A program made the position numbers and the translations under genes. DNA of 64,000 nt, taken from positions 806,001 to 870,000 of the forward strand of contig CAVNZM010000015.1 in NCBI GenBank assembly GCA_963693365.1, read 5' to 3'. The notes beneath the pieces are model-generated. The model did no database searches and was not told the DNA's origin. It worked only from the letters and a program-made list of their open reading frames with translations. Below, one piece after another: positions 58,017 to 64,000 of the stretch. The number at the start of each line of letters is the position of its first letter. Position 1 is the stretch's first letter. Origin of the DNA: Amoebidium appalachense. Lineage: Eukaryota > Protista > Ichthyosporea.

Positions 58017-61000
58017 ATGTCTGACAACTTACAGTTGCAGCAACTAGTCCAACTACTGGAGCAGAGGTTGGCCTCACAAGATGCAATCATTTCTGACTTA
58101 CAGAAGGAACAACGTGCACTAGAACTAGCTCCTATGAACACAATGTCCAACAGGGTTATGGGCCCCTCACGTAATGATTCCATCAAGTTCAAGGTCGACA
58201 TCCCTCTCTTCACTGGCATTGATAATGATTCAGGCACGGACTACCACACATGGGCCGAAACCATGTATGTCCAGCTTTCTGGTGCTGGTCTTCTCCACAC
58301 CATCGCGCCCAGTACGGAGCACCCGGCTACCCGTGAACAGGTCGACACTGCCCGTTCCTACCTGTGGCAAGCACTCTCGGTTGACGTGCGTTGTATCCTA
58401 GGGTTAACACGCACCACCACACCTGCGGAGATATGGTCGGCCCTATCTGCCCACTACCTGGAGCAATCTGAGGCCAATCAGTACGACCTTATCGGGCTGT
58501 ACATGAATTCTACGCCTGAACCTACGGACACCGCGACGAAATACGCCATGAAACTCCGCGGCTACGTGCGGCGCCTGGCCGATTACGGCACACAAATTGG
58601 TGATGCTCAAGTGCTGACCAAGCTCACCAACGACCTCGGCAAGGTGCCTTACTACGAAATGCCTGTAATTGCCTACAAGATGACACCCAAGCCTACCGTG
58701 ATGGGCCTCCTCCAACAGCTACGGGCATATGAGACCAGCCACCCACGTGCACGTGTGACTACCAGCTCCGGGCCGGCCGCCTTCACCACACGGGCTCCTC
58801 AACCTGTCATCTGCCACGGCTGCGGCAAACCAGGCCACATCAAGTCTCAGTGCCCCAACGGCAACGGCCAACACAGCAACTCTGGCAACAACCGTGGCAG
58901 CACCTACCCCAAGGGTTCCTGCGTCAACCACCCACTGTCTACCAGTCACACTACCGCCATGTGCAAGGGGGGCAACCGTGCCAACGGCCGCAAACCTAAG
59001 GGTGGTCCCCTCCCGCCTGGGTCCTGCATCAACCACCCTGCCTCTACTACCCACACTACGGCACAGTGCAAGGGGGGGCTGCCGCTCCCCGGGCTTTCCT
59101 CATGTCTAGCAACGACTGTGGCACCAACAAGGTGCTCCTCGACTCTGGAGCCACTGACCATGTGTGCCCCCGGCCCGATGTGTTCATCAACATGCGTGCG
59201 GCGCCTTACTCCACGGTCCAAGTAGCCGACAAGGGTGCATGTGCAGTGCTTGGGGTGGGCGACGTGTTCTTTTCCAGCACCATCGACGGCGTTACTGCGG
59301 TGCATCAGCTGACGGATGTACTCTACGTGCCCTCCATCCCCGACACTCTCATCAGTGTGTTCACGGCAACTACCAACGGTGTTTTACCCCGCTTTGACAC
59401 CCGCGGCGGCGTTAAGTTGTGCTACGGCGATCAAATTCTGGCCACCGGCTCGGCTGTCGGCACCAAGCTGTACCACATGGCGGTGTCTCTTCTGCGCGCG
59501 GACACAACCCCGGACGCCCAAACCACCACTGCTCCGCGTATCCTCAAGGTTACTGCCGACCTCAACACGTGGCACTACCGTCTGGGCCATGCTGGCATTG
59601 ACGCTGTACGCTCGGTCATCAAGTCTGCAGGCCTGTTGGTGGGTGGCGGTGCCAAGTCTCCGGGTGTGTGTGAGCCCTGTGCCCTCGGCAAAGCCCACCG
59701 TGTTGCCTTCTCCGAATCAACTAGCCAAGCTCCCCGGGTCCTAGCCAAGGTTCACAGCGACATCAGCGGCCCCTTCCCTCCCGCGATCGGTGGTGCTCAG
59801 TACTTGGCGACGTTCCACGACGAATTCACCGGCCACACCACGGCCGTGCCCCTCGTCAAGAAGTCGGACACACTGGCTGCATATGTGACGTACCACAAGG
59901 CGGCGGTTACCCAACACGGTGTTCCCATGCAGGTGTTTCAGTCCGACGGGGGGGCGAGTACATGGGCACGGCCTTCGGGGACTACAATCGTGAGCATGGC
60001 ATTCGCCATCAGATCACTACCACCGGCTCTCCTCAACAGAATGGGACTGCCGAACGACTGAACCGGACCCTCCTCGACATGGTTCGGGCACTCCTGCAGC
60101 AGTCCGGCCTTCCGGTGGGATTCTGGGCCGAGGCAGCTGTGACCGCGGCTTTTATACGCAACATGCTCCCGTCGCGAGCCACCGGCAGCCAATCGTCTCC
60201 CGCCCTGCTGTGGACCGGCATTCCTCCCGACTACAGCCGGCTCCGTGTCTGGGGCTCTCCCTGCTACGTCCATCAACAGGATACACCGAAACTGGCGCCT
60301 CGTGCCGTCAAGGGCATCTTCGTGGGCTACCCTCCTAACATCAAGGGCTACAAGGTCTGGATTCCAGCAGCACACAAGATGACCGTCAGCCGTGACGTGC
60401 AGTTCGACGAGGCTGCTATTCTGCACCCCCTCCGTGATGTCCCATCTGATTGGTCGACCGCACCGGCAATTCATCATTTTTTGGAGTCATCTGATTCGTC
60501 AAATCAGCCAGCCAATCACATCGTCCGGAATGATCAGCAATCTGATTCGTCTCGTCTGTCAGCCAATGGGACAGCGCCGAGTGATCAATTGGACATTCCG
60601 ATCCTGCCCGAGCCTGCACATCGGCTCCCCCGGACGACCCGTAGTGGCGCTGTGTACAACGACCAACGTCGATGCCCGACTGCCAACGTGGCTGCTGCTA
60701 CGGCCCCCCTTGCCCCCCAGGCTACGGCTCCTGCATCAACACCCATCAAGGCTTCCACCATTGTTGTCCCCAAGACTGTCCGGGCTGCACTCAAGAGTCC
60801 CCAGCGTCTGAAATGGGAGGAGGCTGCACACCGTGAGCTCAAGGCCCTGGAAGACAACGGCACCTTCACCCTTGTGCCCCGTCCAGAGGATGGCTCCACT
60901 GTCATTCCGGTCGGCTGGGTCTTTACGGTCAAGCAGGACAACGTCGGCAACGTCACTGCTTTCAAGGCCCGGCTTGTGGCCCGGGGCAACTACCAGCAGC

Positions 61001-62313
61001 CTGGCCAGGACTATTTCGTCACCGAGTCACCTGTGGCTGCGCTGGCTACCATCCGGCTGGTTTTGGCTACCTCCGTGGCCCAAGGTCTGCCTCTGCGCCA
61101 CATCGACGTCAACACAGCATTCCTCAACGGCACCGTCAACGAGACCATCTACATTGAGCAGCCCCCTGGCTTCGTCAACCCCTCGGCCCCCCATGCTGTC
61201 GGCTTGCTCCACAAGGCGCTCTACGGCCTAAAACAGGCACCGCGCCAGTGGTATGAGGCCCTCCGTGACCATCTCCTCGACCAAGGCTTCATTGTGAGTG
61301 CTGCTGACCCGTGCCTGTTCATCAAGAATGCCGGGACCCCAACATTTATTGCCCTTGCTGCCTACGTGGATGACTTCACCGTGACGGCCGCCACTGATGC
61401 GCTCATCGACGATTTTTTCACCAAGCTGGATGCTCGTTTCTCTGCCAAGGACCTGGGTCGTCCTACCCTGCTCATCGGGCACACTCTTACCTGGCTGGAG
61501 GACGGGTCTCTGCGTCTGGGCCATCGTCAACACATCATCGACTTGGCTGCCCGTTTTCGTCTCACCCACATGTCCGGCACCAAGACCCCCATCGTCCCGG
61601 GCCAGGCCAGTGAAAGCAACAAGACCCCAGCCTACAGCAAGAAGGAGGACTATGCCAGCCTGGTCGGTGCCCTGCTGTGGATTGCGCGTACCACCCGCCC
61701 CGACATTTCCCAGGCTCTGGGAGTCCTTACTCGACACATTCATGCGCCCACCGTCACCCACTGGACTATGGCTACCAGAGTTGTAAGCTACCTGCTGGCC
61801 ACCATCGACCTGGGTATTGTCTACCGTCCCGGCCCCCCCAACCTTGTTGGCTACTCCGACTCCGACTACGCCGAGGACCGCGACACCCGGCGCTCCACCA
61901 CGGGCTATGTCTTCTTCATAAACTCCTCCCCTGTGTCCTGGGTGTCTCGGCTCCAGTCCATCACCACCCACAGCTCCACTGAGGCTGAATTTGTGGCCAT
62001 GTCTGCTGCTACGAACGAGGCCCTATGGCTCAACTATGTGATGGACGACCTGGGCCTTAATCCTATCAATGAGCCCACCCCGGTGCCCATCCATGGGGAC
62101 AATGAGTCTGCCCGGGCCCTGCTGGACACCCTGGGGGTTAAGCCCAAGACCAAGCACATCGACGTCCGCTACTGCTCCGTCAAGGAACATCACCTGCTGG
62201 GCAACATCACTGTGGTCCCGGTGGCTTCTGCTGACAACAAGGCCGACATGTTCACCAAGGCCCTGTCTGCCTCTTTCTTCACCAAGGCCGTGGGGATGCT
62301 CAACATGTGCTGA
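58017..62313 (+). CDS. Copia gag-pol polyprotein (split by two apparent 1-nt frameshifts at G7 runs)
   Basis: Gag with CHGCGKPGHIKSQC knuckle; protease LLDSGATDH; WHYRLGH...CEPC; integrase HSD/QSDGG/QNGTAER; RT FKARLVARG, LYGLKQAPRQW, YVDD; RNase H GYSDSDYA, SSTEAEF, KHIDVRY, ADMFTK. Frame changes at ~59072-59078 and ~59948-59954. Confidence 0.93.
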
Positions 62314-62499
62314 GCACCCGTCATCAACCAACTGCGCCCTCATACTTCAGGGGGGGGGAGAGAGTTGCATCCGACTGTGCAACTACGTGTACCATACTAA
62401 AATTGAGTAGGGGAATCTTTATTGTCTGTATTTTGTGCACCTGAAGCACTCGAGCTCAGTTGCATTAATTCATACCACAATTATCCAATTGAGTAGGGG

Positions 62500-63264
62500 T
62501 GTTGGAGTACACTGGTACTCCCGGCTAGCAATGTCTGTTAGAGAAAGTTTCTGAGCAATTGAATAACTGTTTCAACACTCACTCGAGTGCATAGAGCTTT
62601 TGTTTACGGTCATATTCATATATGGTAGTTATATGTTTGAGCCAAAACTGTACCAATGACGAGCTTCACTAGCAACGTGCTAATTGTGCTCATTAATTAA
62701 TATTCCCGGTTCAGATGATGTCATGTCTATATTTGCCACAGGATTCTATTCTTAGAGTGGTAGTGTGCTTTATTCCCGGATATTCTCAGAATATTTTTAG
62801 TTGTGTGAAGCAAGATTTACGTTTAACTGCAATTGGTGTGTTAAACACGTTTATTTGTGTGCTTTAGTGCAAGTTAACTAGCCACTCAACGTGCACAGTT
62901 AACTTTTATATCTTTAACGACTTGTTTTCATTGTGCTCTCTTTTCGGCCATGCTGTACATGGCCCACCACCAGGGTGCACACGAGGCCACCATGAGGTGG
63001 CCAACGACTATATAAAGCAGTGCCTCCCATGTCACAAACATGGGAAGCAGAACGTTTGATTTACACTTTTCTACTGTCGTTTCCAGTGCACAAAACACAT
63101 AGACTAGTTACCCATCATACACGACACTATGTCTGACAACTTACAGTTGCAGCAACTAGTCCAACTACTGGAGCAGAGGTTGGCCTCACAAGATGCAATC
63201 ATTTCTGACTTACAGAAGGAACAACGTGCACTAGAACTAGCTTCTATGAACACAATGTCCAACA
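62500..63264 (+). repeat. 765-bp LTR shared between tandem copia copies
   Basis: TG...CA ends; 62806-63264 repeats 57694-58152 (offset 5112) with one substitution noticed; followed immediately by a new PBS. Confidence 0.95.
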
Positions 63265-64000
63265 GGGTTATGGGCCCCTCACGTAATGATTCCATCAAGT
63301 TCAAGGTCGACATCCCTCTCTTCACTGGCATTGATAATGATTCAGGCACGGACTACCACACATGGGCCGAAACCATGTATGTCCAGCTTTCTGGTGCTGG
63401 TCTTCTCCACACCATCGCGCCCAGTACGGAGCACCCGGCTACCCGTGAACAGGTCGACACTGCCCGTTCCTACCTGTGGCAAGCACTCTCGGTTGACGTG
63501 CGTTGTATCCTAGGGTTAACACGCACCACCACACCTGCGGAGATATGGTCGGCCCTATCTGCCCACTACCTGGAGCAATCTGAGGCCAATCAGTACGACC
63601 TTATCGGGCTGTACATGAATTCTACGCCTGAACCTACGGACACCGCGACGAAATACGCCATGAAACTCCGCGGCTACGTGCGGCGCCTGGCCGATTACGG
63701 CACACAAATTGGTGATGCTCAAGTGCTGACCAAGCTCACCAACGACCTCGGCAAGGTGCCTTACTACGAAATGCCTGTAATTGCCTACAAGATGACACCC
63801 AAGCCTACCGTGATGGGCCTCCTCCAACAGCTACGGGCATATGAGACCAGCCACCCACGTGCACGTGTGACTACCAGCTCCGGGCCGGCCGCCTTCACCA
63901 CACGGGCTCCTCAACCTGTCATCTGCCACGGCTGCGGCAAACCAGGCCACATCAAGTCTCAGTGCCCCAACGGCAACGGCCAACACAGCAACTCTGGCAA
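63129..64000 (+). CDS. Gag of second tandem copia copy (runs off right edge)
   Basis: Essentially identical to 58017-58888, including the PBS read-through and the CCHC knuckle. Confidence 0.93.
   Translation, partial: MSDNLQLQQLVQLLEQRLASQDAIISDLQKEQRALELASMNTMSNRVMGPSRNDSIKFKVDIPLFTGIDNDSGTDYHTWAETMYVQLSGAGLLHTIAPSTEHPATREQVDTARSYLWQALSVDVRCILGLTRTTTPAEIWSALSAHYLEQSEANQYDLIGLYMNSTPEPTDTATKYAMKLRGYVRRLADYGTQIGDAQVLTKLTNDLGKVPYYEMPVIAYKMTPKPTVMGLLQQLRAYETSHPRARVTTSSGPAAFTTRAPQPVICHGCGKPGHIKSQCPNGNGQHSNSG

Larger units (their letters stand above)
57694..63264 (+). mobile_element. Ty1/copia LTR retrotransposon, copy 1 (5' LTR truncated)
   Basis: 5' LTR remnant 57694-58152, PBS GGTTATGGGCCC 58154-58165, gag-PR-IN-RT-RH order, PPT GAGTAGGGG 62491-62499, full LTR 62500-63264 (TGTTGGA...TCCAACA). 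Confidence 0.96.

Noticed and set aside
62348-62413. G-rich tracts after the pol stop as the PPT
   Set aside because: The LTR start TGTTGGA (matching the TCCAACA end) follows the purine tract at 62491-62499 instead.

Overview
Eukaryotic, intron-rich genomic DNA full of (CA)n/(GA)n microsatellites and poly-C/poly-G tracts. A syntenin-like and a LIV-1 ZIP gene suggest a holozoan, possibly a unicellular one (inference only). Almost all ORFs in the supplied track are low-complexity artefacts, so genes were rebuilt by hand from GT-AG exons. Genes: three paralogues with matching exon structure (A 1-4475 minus, truncated by the window edge; B 6579-14351 plus and C 31667-42024 minus, 12 exons each). 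They encode ~340-aa proteins with mitochondrial-type presequences whose core matches, by eye, the T7 gp2.5 / giant-virus type OB-fold ssDNA-binding proteins; this is the top finding. Also present are an intronless, frameshifted syntenin-like tandem-PDZ gene, an 8-exon Tas-like aldo-keto reductase, and a LIV-1 ZIP zinc transporter with His-rich EGF-like repeats whose sixth exon abuts a retroelement block. Mobile DNA: a 10-kb hAT-like element (33-bp TIRs, 8-bp TSD) containing a nested PIF/Harbinger, two MITEs, a poly-C-anchored dispersed repeat that is sense-oriented in every intronic copy found, a tandem TRIM-like mini LTR element, and a very young tandem Ty1/copia element that runs off the right edge.
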